The notes under the pieces were generated by a model. That model had not been told where the DNA came from, made no database searches, and saw only the letters and a list, made by a program, of their open reading frames with translations. The translations under genes were made by a program, and so were the position numbers. Positions 52,778 to 64,000 of a stretch of 64,000 nt of DNA are shown here, one piece after another; position 1 is the first letter of the stretch, and the number at the start of each line of letters is the position of its first letter. Source of the stretch: the human T2T-CHM13v2.0 reference genome, Homo sapiens. The stretch lies in NCBI RefSeq assembly GCF_009914755.1, contig NC_060925.1, one strand, 5' to 3'.

Positions 52778-53882
52778 ATGTTCCTTGCCCCTCCTGACCT
52801 TGGATAATGAAGAGCTGGCTCTGCGTGGTCTGTTTACAGTATTGCCTTTTCTTGTTTCAGAGTTCACCAGGAGAGCCTTGATGCCTTATTGCTTAAAGTT
52901 CCCTTGAGATACTGCTTAGCATTAAATCATCATAATTTGAGGCAGAAGAAATAAAAGTCAAGAGAGGTTACAAATCCTGGGTTTTGGTGTTCGTCACATT
53001 GGAGATTCAAGGAAATGCAGAAGAAAACAGAAAACCCCTTTCTGTGCAAGTTGGGACCCACCACACTGATGCCACTGAGTGGCACTTCCCTGGGAGGCAT
53101 CGTTGTCCCTTGCAGTGTCAACTTCAAAAGAAGTAGCACGGGCCCCAGGCACCACTGCCTACCTTAGCATCCTATGGCGAATCTATCATCCTAGAAGTGA
53201 CGTAACTTTGCTCACCTCTACTTATTTGCTTATTCCACACCAGCTGCTGAGGTCTCAGTGTCCTCAAGCGTGCTTTACATCATGTGAAGGCTATTGCATC
53301 TTTCTGGCCTGGTACTGCTTCTTTCCACCTTCATTGTAGATCTCTAGCTCTAGGAGTCTAAGATTTGGTGAACAAGTCCCTGTTTCTCCTATTCATTCCA
53401 TTCAAACAGCTCCAAAGTCCTACCTGTGCATCTTAGCCTTTATCTTTTCCATATCAAAGATCTGAATCTTTTCAATGTGTGTTCAGATGGAAGGCCCTTC
53501 AACCTTTTAGAGACCATCTGTGGACCTTGTCTCACTCTAAGTTTTCTTTTAACACTGTGGCCAGAGCTATATACATATTCTAGGTGTGAACACATTATGG
53601 TTTTCTCAGAAAACCTGTTGCCTGAGCAAGCAGTAAGCCAGGAACCCACATCTGAGGAGCCAACATCTCCATCATCACTCAGAATTGCTCCATCACCAGG
53701 TCATCCTAGAAAGCCCTGGCCTCTGTCTGCCTGGATCTTTCCCAACAAAGTCATTCATGATCTGACCCCAAATTAATTAATTCCTCTCTCTCTCTCTCCC
53801 TCTCTTTTTGTCTGTCTGTCTCTCTCTCTCTCCCGCTCACTCGCTCTCTCTCTCTGTCTCACACACACACATACTCATTTAC

Positions 53883-54276
<394 letters not shown>

Positions 54277-55911
54277 TAATGGCAACAGGGCTCCTAGGTG
54301 AGACTAGACCTGGTAGTCGAGGGAAACAGAGTTGATGTGGATGGGCTGGCATGAGTTATGTTACTTCTCACCAAAGAAGCCTCAAGCAGGGCAGTCTCTC
54401 ATTAAAAGGCAACTTCCAAAGGTTGAGCAAAATAACACAGTGTCCTCCTCCCACCCAGCTCCTCTCAGCCCATTTTTCTTCTATGAACACCTGTGATCAT
54501 GTCACACCCCTGCTCGCAACTGTCCTCCATTGCTCACCAATGAAATACAACCTAACAGGGCATCAACACCCTTCACAATATGACTCCAACCTACTTCTCC
54601 AGTCTTTTTCCTATTACACTCTCCGCTATGAATCTAATCTCCCAATCGAACTTGGATATGTACAAAACATACCCTGGTCGTTTTCATTGATGTGATTTTT
54701 CTTGTTTGTTCCCTCTGCTTGCAAACTTCTTGATGAATCTTACCCCTTCTCCATGAAGCTTTCTCTGATACCGCCTACCCTCCAGCCAGAAGTCACCGCT
54801 TTTTTGGTATGTGTCCTAAAGACCTTATTTACGCTTCTCTTGCAGAGTTATCACAAGCTGCCTCAGATCATGATTTGCACCCAGACTGGCCTCAAAACTC
54901 CATTCATGCATCAACTCCTTGGCAGAGCTTTCCTTACCCCTATCCCTGGCCTGTCTTACCAGCACCAAGCCCTTCCTCCTCACACCTCCCCAGCAAGTTC
55001 TAAGGCCACTTGATTACATCTGTTTTTCTCTCTCCCTCATCCCTCTCTGACCTCTTCTTGCAAAGCAGCAATGTGGATTCACTCATCTCGGCATCCCCAG
55101 CAGGTGGCTGACACACAGAAGCAGCTCAACGGATGTTTGATGAATAAAAACAAATAAGCAGATGACTACATGAATCAATGAATCATATTTTGTTCTTCTG
55201 CAAATCTCCAACAGCATCTTACATATATTTGCACCTCAGCCTCCCAAGTCTGTGGGGAAGTGGCATTCAACAAGAATCTGCATCAAACCTGACAGATTTC
55301 ACTTTCACCAGCATCAGGCAGAGGGAGATAAACAAGGTAGGGCAAGCACAGAAGCCCAGTCCTCTGGGGAGTGAAGGGGGAGACTGCTCTGCAACACCTC
55401 TAAAGCTAGTGGCTTCTCAAAGAGATCAGAGCAGCCACATAGCCCTCATTACTGGGCATGGTCCTGGTTGCCTTCCGATGTGAAGGTTCTGGCTCCCGGT
55501 CTAAGCTTCTTCCGACAGCCCACCCAGAGCACTCCCTAGATATTACAATTCAAGTCACGGCAACAAAATGTCCCTCCGTTGCTGACATCAAATGAGGTGG
55601 CCCAGCTGGAGGAGAGTTTAATTTTCTCTTCATCTACCTCACTCCTGACATTTCACAGGGTCTACCCAGCTCTTGCAAGCAAGCACAGAGGCTCGAAGGG
55701 ATGCTGTGGGTTTGGAGGCTTTTGGATCCTTGCCAGTCACTGCATGAAGTGTGAATGGATTGTCATGACGAGAATGCGTTTTCAAAGGAATATATCCAAA
55801 TGTGCTTCCCTTCAGAGTCCTCTGGAAGATGGACATTTACTCTGCTGTTCACATTTAGAAACTTGTTTGGGGAACTGCCAGCAAAAAAACAGCTTTGATC
55901 TTGGAGCATAG

Positions 55912-56210
55912 GTTTTGTTTTGTTTTGTTTTGTTTTGAGACAAGGTCTCGCTCTGTTGCCCAGATGAGTGCAGTAGTGCAACCATGGCTCACTGCAGCCT
56001 TGACCTCCTGGGCTCAAGCAGTCCTCCCACCTCAGCCTCCCAAATTGCTGGGACTACAGTCATGTGCCACCATGCCGAGCTATTTTTTTTAAATACAGAG
56101 CTGGGGTCTCACTATGTTGCCCATGCTGATCCTGAACTCCTGGCCTCAAGCAATCCTCCCACCTTGGCCTCTCTAAGTGCTGGGATTATAAGCATGAGCT
56201 ACCACACCTG
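55912..56210 (-). mobile_element. Alu (AluJ-like) with (GTTTT)n tail
   Basis: Reverse Alu consensus. Confidence 0.9.
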
Positions 56211-56963
56211 ACTAATTTTCAATTTTTTAATTTTCAAAAGCAGTCAGGAGGCTTTGACATACTAGTTAGGTGGTGAATAAGGCAGACAAAAACACTGGGA
56301 AATACCTTGATAGACAAGTCCCTCCTGGCCACCTTCGAGCTAGGGCTGCTCAGGAGTTAGTGCTCACTCATGCGCTTTAAGCAGAGGTGCACTTCATGGG
56401 AATTTAGGGAAGGTTTCCATGTCCTGATGAAGTGGGGCAGACTTGGCTGGCAGAGACTTTTTTGCCCATTGCCCTTCCTCCTTCTTCCCATCTGGAAAGT
56501 CCACACTGTGCTTGGAGGTGCAGAGCCAGCTTGCAATCCCAAGGCTGCAGGTGCAAGATGAAGGTCAGCATAGGAGAGTGCAGAGCAGAGCACAGTGTGA
56601 GTCTAGCTCTCCAAGGGCATTATTAAAGTTACACTAGCCCTGGGCTGTCTGCCTCTAGTTTTCTTATTATAAAAGAAGAACTTGCCCCCTATTTATGCTT
56701 CTTGTAGCCCAAGGTTTTTCTAACTGATATTAGAAGCATGACTACAGAGTGATTTGGTATGCCCCATAAATTGGCTCTGAAAAAAGAATTCCACAAAAGG
56801 AATTCCAAAATAAAGTTGGGAATAGCCTTTCAAATACACACATTGCACTGGGTTGAATCTATTCTAGGGAGACTGGAAGACCTGGATGGTAATGCCTGTG
56901 TCTGGTCCCAAAACGGAGACTATAACAAATGCTCTCTTAAAAAAAAAAAAAAGAAATGTATTT

Positions 56964-57229
56964 GAGAGGCCAAGGCAGGTGGATCACTTGAGGTCAGGAG
57001 TTCAAGACCAGCCTGGTCAACATGGTGAAACCCTGTCTCTACCAAAAATGCAAAAATTAGCCAGGCGTGGTGGCAGGCACCTGTAGTACCAGCTACTCAG
57101 GAGGCTGAGGCAAGAGAATCACTTGAGCCCAGGAGGCAGAGGTTGCAGTGAGCCAAGATCACACCACTGCACTCCAGCCTGGACGGCAGAGCAAGGCGCC
57201 GCCTCAAAAAGAAAAAAAATAAAATAAAA
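56964..57229 (+). mobile_element. 5'-truncated Alu
   Basis: Starts at gaggccaaggcagg. Confidence 0.9.
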
Positions 57230-58065
57230 TCCACCAGGAGATAATAATCCTGAATCAGACATTGTTAAAAAAGAATCCCTTAATTCAAAAATTCCCTTTA
57301 CACATTAAAATCAAAGCTTAAAGGTCGGGATGTCTAATGTTATTATAAACTGTAGGTAGCAAGAACTCGAGCTATAGCTTAATGGAATTTCTCAAACACC
57401 AAGGGAAGAAATGGAGATACTTCTGGACTGCAGGTAGAAAGAAAGAGGAAGGAAAGAAGAAAGGTCAGACATCAGAAACCCTACAGTAGCCCCTACATTA
57501 CCTTGAGGTTGAACAATGGCTGAAGTGGAAACAAGAGTAAAGCCTCAGGTAGTTTGAAGCAGAAGCCAAAGCAGGGAACATGTATGCCCTGCTGCCCATT
57601 CAGGAATCCAGAAGCAGAGTAAAGATGGCATCATGGAGCACTTACACAGAAGATGAGAGACAACGGAAGTGCCCCCAAGTCTCCCTCGGGTATTATGTAA
57701 GATTGAGCTGAGGGCAGGGAGGAAAAAGTCAGCTCAATCCTATTGCAGAGGTTGTGGGGTGGACCTCTGGGTCAGGCACTGAACGGAGGCTGTGATGTGT
57801 CATGTCTGCAGCAGTAAGGAGCACTCAGGTGGGGCTGAGTCAGCCAGGAAAGGTCCACTGGACCCTGAGGAAATCAGAAGAGACCCCACAACATGCCAGT
57901 CACATCTCCAGGAGGCCAGCAAGGACCCATAAGTCAGCACTAGGGTACGTAAGGACTAGCGGGCTTCTCTCATTGGTGGGAGGACATTGTTTGGCCTTCC
58001 TTATACCCACGTGCCATCCTAGGATGGTGGGGGAGGAACCAGACTTTACAAAGTGAGAAACCACC

Positions 58066-58428
58066 TGTTTTAGTCCATTCGTGCTGCTATAACAAAATAC
58101 CATACACTTGATGCCTTAGAAACAACAACACAAGTCTAGAGGCTGGGAAGTCCAAGATCAAAGCACCAGCAGAGTTGATATGTGGCAAGAGCCCACTTCC
58201 TTGTTCATAAATGGCTGTCTTCCAGTTGTGTCCTCAAACGGCAGAAGGGGTGAGGGAGCTCTCTAGGGCGTCTTTTATAAAGGCACTAATCCCATTGATG
58301 AGGGCTTTGTTCTCATGACCTAATCACCTCCCAAAGGCCCTACCTCCTAATACCATCATATTGGATGTTAGGATTGCAAGATATGAATGGCGGGAGCGGG
58401 GACAGATACAAACATTCAGTGTATAGCA
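58066..58428 (-). mobile_element. MLT1A-like MaLR LTR
   Basis: tgttttagtccattcgtgctgctataacaaaatacc...tatagca. Confidence 0.8.
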
Positions 58429-59085
58429 CCACTCAAATAGAGTAATTGAAAGCAATATTTATCCAAGAGAGGTAAGAACTTGAAACAGACAGAGGCATAA
58501 TACCTTTAATCGGCTAGTTTATGTTTCCCTCCCACTCATGGTCCATGGAAACTGGGGCTCCTCAGCAAGCTGAGAATAGTTGAGCAAAATAATGAATGCT
58601 GTGCTGATTGCACATCTGAGTATAATGTAAAGATTTTGACCCTGCTAATATATGCTTGTTTTTTAAAAATCTGTCTTCAATATTTTATCACAGCTGAGGC
58701 ATCCTTAGCCTACTCTTCCACAGAAGGCTGCTCTAAATGTTTTTATACACAGGGAGCTATTTCAGCTCTGTACATTACCACGAAGCAGTCACAGAGCCTC
58801 CCTTCCCCCACTTGGTGAACACGCCTTTTGAAGCCCTTGGCGTTTGATTCATGCCATTTTGACTACCTTAAAACACACACACACAAACACACACATACAC
58901 ACACTGATTTTTTTTTTAACCACTCCTTGCAGAGCAGGGCTAATTCATAGTCAGTGTGCCCAGAATCGACCCACACATTGACTTTTGACTCTATTTGCTT
59001 TGTTGACAATTCCCATCTCTCTGGCTAGACTTGGAAGCTGCCTGGAGGCAGACAGTGGGCCTGGTGGTTCTCACAGACCCCAGCA

Positions 59086-60632
59086 TAAAATTCTTACTGA
59101 CTGAATTCACCTCAGTGTAATTGTATCAAAGGTTATTTGAAAATTCAGACCTTGAGTAGTCTATCACTAGTAAAGCTAAAATTCTTACTGACTGAATTCA
59201 CCTCAGTGTAATTGTATCAAAGGTTATTTGAAAACTCAGACCTTGAGTAGTCAATCACTAGTAAAGCTAAAATTCTTACTGACTGAATTCACCTCAGTGT
59301 AATTGTATCAAAGGTTATTTGAAAACTCAGACCTTGAGTAGTCAATCACTAGTAAAGCTAAAATTCTTACTGACTGAATTCACCTCAGTGTAATTGTATC
59401 AAAGGTTATTTGAAAACTCAGACCTTGAGTAGTCTATCACTAGTAAAGCTAAAATTCTTACTGACTGAATTCACCTCAGTGTAATTGTATCAAAGGTTAT
59501 TTGAAAACTCAGACCTTGAGTAGTCAATCACTAGTAAAGCTAAAATTCTTACTGACTGAATTCACCTCAGTGTAATTGTATCAAAGGTTATTTGAAAACT
59601 CAGACCTTGAGTAGTCTATCACTAGTAAAGCTAAAATTCTTACTGACTGAATTCACCTCAGTGTAATTGTATCAAAGGTTATTTGAAAACTCAGACCTTG
59701 AGTAGTCAATCACTAGTAAAGCTAAAATTCTTACTGACTGAATTCACCTCAGTGTAATTGCATCAAAGGTTATTTGAAAACTCAGACCTTGAGTAGTCAA
59801 TCACTAGTAAAGCTAAAATTCTTACTGACTGAATTCACCTCAGTGTAATTGTATCAAAGGTTATTTGAAAACTCAGACCTTGAGTAGTCAATCACTAGTA
59901 AAGCTAAAATTCTTACTGACTGAATTCACCTCAGTGTAATTGTATCAAAGGTTATTTGAAAACTCAGACCTTGAGTAGTCAATCACTAGTAAAGCTAAAA
60001 TTCTTACTGACTGAATTCACCTCAGTGTAATTGTATCAAAGGTTATTTGAAAACTCAGACCTTGAGTAGTCAATCACTAGTAAAGCTAAAATTCTTACTG
60101 ACTGAATTCACCTCAGTGTAATTGTATCAAAGGTTATTTGAAAACTCAGACCTTGAGTAGTCAATCACTAGTAAAGCTAAAATTCTTACTGACTGAATTC
60201 ACCTCAGTGTAATTGTATCAAAGGTTATTTGAAAACTCAGACCTTGAGTAGTCAATCACTAGTAAAGCTAAAATTCTTACTGACTGAATTCACCTCAGTG
60301 TAATTGTATCAAAGGTTATTTGAAAACTCAGACCTTGAGTAGTCGATCACTAGTAAAGCTAAAATTCTTACTGACTGAATTCACCTCAGTGTAATTGTAT
60401 CAAAGGTTATTTGAAAACTCAGACCTTGAGTAGTCAATCACTAGTAAAGCTAAAATTCTTACTGACTGAATTCACCTCAGTGTAATTGTATCAAAGGTTA
60501 TTTGAAAACTCAGACCTTGAGTAGTCGATCACTAGTAAAGCTAAAATTCTTACTGACTGAATTCACCTCAGTGTAATTGTATCAAAGGTTATTTGAAAAC
60601 TCAGACCTTGAGTAGTCTATCACTAGTAAAGC
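59086..60632. repeat. Minisatellite/VNTR-like array, 17 exact copies of a 91-bp unit, in intron 2
   Basis: Unit taaaattcttactgactgaattcacctcagtgtaattgtatcaaaggttatttgaaaactcagaccttgagtagtc[a/t/g]atcactagtaaagc; 1547 bp = 17 x 91. Confidence 0.97.
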
Positions 60633-61741
60633 TTTCTGGGACCCGCTTTCTGTTTCCCCCCTTTTTCTCCCACTTCTGCCTTCTCTGGCTAAAATCAAAT
60701 TTTGGCATTCAAAGGAAGGCTCTGACTTGCTTCTCAAGTTTGTTCCCCATGCCTCAAGTAGAGCCTCATCTCCCCGACCTTCTGACACTCACCTCTCTGA
60801 AGACTTCGCGTATATCATGGTTAGACTCAGGTCTACCTGGATTTGAGAGACTGACTTTTTGACCTCCCACAAGCCATATAATTATACCATTCTTCATTCC
60901 CTCCAAATGATACAGATGCCAACCCACTGTGACCAGAGGTAATCTAGACTTTTCTGAACCTGGCAGACAGCAGCTTGACTGGGTCTCCAGTGCCCCCATC
61001 CTGCAGCCCTAGCACTATCTGTAGCCACACTCCACCTCTGCCCTTTCCCCCAGCCTAGCCCTGGAGCACAGATGCCTACCAGCCCTGGTAACGCCTGGCT
61101 CCAGCTCTGCCATGACTTCTTAGCATCCTCAGTACTCCTGTTTGCTCCTGTCACCTGCTCCCCTGATTCCCATCACCATCCAGCAGCAGCACCTGGGCAG
61201 GCTGACCAGGTGGCACATGGGACTGGGGAGTGAATGAGTCAGCCAGGTTCCTACTCCTGAGCACCCTAGCAGGATCCTCTGTTTAAGTTCCCGTCCTCTT
61301 AGAATCACTTAGTAAATCTCCCCCATCTTGCACCAGCCTCCAACCCTCCTGGAGTTCCTCTCCCTTCCGGCTTAAGGGGTAGCTCCTGTATGCCATCATC
61401 ACTCACCAGCACTTGCCAAGCATCACCATGTGCGGGGCCATCTGCAGGACACTGGGACAAGAGAGACCTAAAGATCACCATCTCTGCCCTTGAGAAGGCT
61501 ACAAACTTAGTAGAGTAGAAATAGCACAGGTTTTGAACTCAGAAATCCTGTGTTCAAAGCCCTGGACCCTTACTTGCCTGCTGAGTGTCTGGCAGCAATC
61601 ACTTGACTCCTAGGATTCTCAGTTTTCTAATCTGTAAAATGAGTTTGGACCTCACAGTTTATTGTGCAAGATCATCTGATACTGAGCAAAAAGGACTTAC
61701 TTGTAACAAGCGAAATGTTTAGGGATATCTGTATATATCTC

Positions 61742-62080
61742 CAGTTGGCCTTCTGTATCCATGGGTACCATATCCATGGGTTCAACCAACTGCAGGTTGA
61801 AAATATTTGAAAAAAATGGATGGCTTTGTCTGTACTGAACATGTACAGACTTTTTTCTTATCATGATTCCCTGAATGATACCATATAACAACTATTTACA
61901 TAACATTTACACTGTATTAAGTATTATAAGTAATCCAGAGGTGATTTAAAGTATATGGGAGGATATGCATGGGCTATCTGCAAATACTACATCATTCATA
62001 TCAGGGACTTGAGCATCTGTGGATTTTGATATTCCTGGGGATCCTGGAACCAGTACCCCACAGATACCGAGGGAAGACTG
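61742..62080 (-). mobile_element. MER2 (TcMar-Tigger MITE)
   Basis: TIRs cagttggccttctgtatcc / gataccgagggaagactg followed by TA; about 340 bp. Confidence 0.8.
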
Positions 62081-62679
62081 TATGGGGTGTGTGTGTGTGT
62101 GTGTATGTGGTCTCCAGTTGGCTAGAGAGGACATCAGGATATAAAAGATATCAAAGATACACATGACTGTATATGTAACAGCAGGTATGATATTTTTAGA
62201 GTGCCTCTGGAGTATCTTGATTAATGTTCCCCCGTGGGTAAGCCAGCTTCTCTCTCCCCGCCTGAGTATAATCTCTCCCAATAAGCAACTGCTTCTTTGC
62301 TGATAAGGAACAATTCCCTGGCCTTTCCATATTCAGGACAAAAGAGGACCTTCAGTGCCTCCGGGAATCGTAGGCAGGGGCTTCTGCTGACACCCCAGGC
62401 TCTGTGGTCCCTACTCTCCCTCAAACAAACAACATAGAACCAAAGGAAATAATGTCAGGCAGAAGCCCACACACACAGTTAGAACATGAGTCCCTATGCT
62501 GGGGCCCTGCTCTGACCTAATCCATTCACCCCGTTACCACCTGCCTGCGCTGAGTCAGATTTAAAGCACTCGTTCTCTGCACCTTCTTTGAACCTACAAA
62601 TGTACCTCAGCCTAATGGATCTTGCACATCTGGAAGTTGCCCACAATAAATCCTGCTAATGTAGAATTAAAGTAGGTTA

Positions 62680-62993
<314 letters not shown>

Positions 62994-63144
62994 GTAGATT
63001 AACAAGATGGCTTTTGGACAGGGTAAGTTCCTAGAAAATGCAGATGAGAAAAAAATGTACTATAGGCTCAGCCCTTCACCCTCCAAGAGTTGAAATCACA
63101 TAAGCCACACCCTCATCAGTGTATTGCACAAGGAGAGTGCCTTC

Positions 63145-63482
63145 TGTTACAATCATTTTAATCGGGAAGCCATCAGGCTGGGGAAGCTACACCACTGTAA
63201 GTTTTTACCTAAGCAAGCCAAAGCCCAATGCAAACAGTAAAATGAAACTAGAAACTTTACTGATCAGAAACCACAAACTAACCTCTAAAACCAGTCTTTC
63301 CACTGTAATCAATCAAATGTGTTGTATTTGTCTTACTTCCATATTCAGCCTCTAAAAGCCCACGCTGCTGCAGTGGAGCTCTCTGAACCTCTTCTGGTTT
63401 TGAGGGCTGCCCAAATCATGAATCCTTCTTTGCTCAAATAAACTTTGTCACATTTATTTTGTCTAAAGTTTTTCCTTTAACA
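63145..63482 (+). mobile_element. MER4-group ERV1 LTR (degenerate)
   Basis: tgtt... start; 3' end tgctcaaataaac...tttcctttaaca. Confidence 0.55.
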
Positions 63483-64000
63483 TTTCCTGTATTTGAATCT
63501 GCCTGTGCTTTGCACAAGACAAAGTGGCTATTTAATGCCCATTTGCCAGACAAGTAAAGCTGAGGCCCTGAGTTCAAGTGACCCCCCAAGGCCAGGCAGT
63601 GTCAGAGCCAGGACTAGTTCTAGCAAGATGATGAGTTTTCTGCCTTCCTAAATCTTGCAGTGCCATGTGGAAGCTGAAGTAAATACATTCACATCATTTG
63701 AAATACATGCCTTAGATCTCTGTACAAAGGTAGCAAGAAATTTCAGGAAGAGTCCCTCCTCCTGTCAACCTACACATAGCTTCTCATCAGCCCCTTTTCA
63801 TCCTCACTTTCCAATTGCCACAAACCACCCTCTCTCCCCACCCCTTGCTAGCATTTTTTCACCCTCTGACCTACCTCATAAGATAGCATCTCCTTACATT
63901 GCAATAACATAAAACAGCCTGACTTCTTAAGAGTTCTTATAAAGATAAAAATGAGATAAGATACGCAAGGTGCCTAGCTTAGTGCCTGCCACATAGAAAG

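Noticed and set aside
59086-60632. CRISPR-like array or coding repeat
   Set aside because: Units abut with no unique spacers, the context is a eukaryotic intron, and the track shows no long ORF here; it is a minisatellite

Overview
Human (primate) genomic DNA rich in Alu, L1, MaLR and ERV1 repeats. The window holds the 3' part of the classical calpain gene CAPN8 (nCL-2, stomach-enriched calpain-8) on the minus strand. I mapped coding exons 3-21 by hand (52324 down to the stop at 14566). All have GT-AG boundaries and join in one open frame. The catalytic Cys, His and Asn (C105/H262/N286), the C2-like domain and the penta-EF domain are intact. Residue and exon numbering assumes the canonical 307 coding nt in exons 1-2, which lie beyond 64000; that gives a 703-aa protein. 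Positions 1-14300 are repeat-rich downstream sequence. The most notable observations: (1) an exact 17 x 91-bp tandem array in intron 2, where every unit carries a TCF/LEF site (a natural TOPflash-like array) and one variable base switches motif; (2) a candidate alternative exon in intron 9 that would give a 381-aa nCL-2'-type protease ending GSS*; (3) a U12-type intron 16; (4) a 12-nt microexon with a perfect 16-bp hairpin upstream; (5) convergent CTCF motifs bracketing exons 4-21; (6) a 1.1-kb CA-rich tract in intron 12; (7) Met at an EF-hand Ca-ligand position and a CaaX-like C-terminus. Almost all ORFs in the supplied track are spurious. Repeat family names come from recalled consensus sequences, and repeat boundaries are approximate.
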